A stretch of DNA of 63,763 nt, the filler included, from Phoronis australis (taxonomy: Eukaryota > Animalia > Phoronida), in NCBI GenBank assembly GCA_002633005.1. It is 7 parts of 7 records of this genome, joined end to end, with 100 filler letters (N's around TTAATTAATTAA, not from the genome) between each part and the next. Parts side by side here need not be neighbours in the genome. Positions count along the whole stretch, not along the records: positions 61,276 to 63,763 come from NMRA01003651.1; 6 more parts are not named here. The stretch is one strand, 5' to 3'. Under the pieces are notes generated by a model. It was given only the letters and a program-made list of their open reading frames with translations. It did not search any database and was not told where the DNA came from. A program made the translations under genes and the position numbers. How positions within the stretch are numbered: the stretch's first letter is position 1; every line of letters starts with the position of its first letter. Of this stretch, positions 63,645-63,763 are shown piece after piece.

Positions 63645-63763
63645 GATGATGGTAGGTGTGAACGAGCTACCAGATACTCTTCAGTGATGATGGTAGGTAT
63701 GAATGAGTTACCAGATACTCTTCAGTGATGATGGTAGGTGTGAATAAGTTACCAGATACTCTT
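63645..63763. repeat. 41-bp tandem repeat, 3 copies (runs off window)
   Basis: Unit GATGATGGTAGGTGTGAA.GAG.TACCAGATACTCTTCAGT. Confidence 0.93.

Overview
AT-rich eukaryotic (metazoan, probably marine invertebrate) genomic DNA, not prokaryotic. Seven pieces are joined by six artificial 100-nt N/TTAATTAATTAA/N linkers, so gene order across linkers is uninformative, and most ORF-track entries are spurious. Recognisable host coding sequence is limited to one STIM (stromal interaction molecule) SAM-domain exon (42624-42739, -) and the last two exons of an unidentified coiled-coil gene (47687-48999, +). The rest is dominated by transposons. These include an internally deleted Kolobok element with a THAP/transposase gene convergent with a KolX (P2X7 C-terminal-like) gene, two inverted copies of a 1.95-kb TTAA-flanked non-autonomous element, a TA-flanked Tc2/pogo-like element carrying a decayed HIRAN-like domain, P-like and Sola1-like elements, LINE remnants, MITEs and minisatellites. 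There are also three families of Helentron-associated (HINE/DINE-1-like) elements. The most novel-looking signal is that one HINE family carries co-oriented arrays of CTCF-core-like motifs at ~145-bp spacing. All family assignments are by-eye pattern recognition; no database searches were run.
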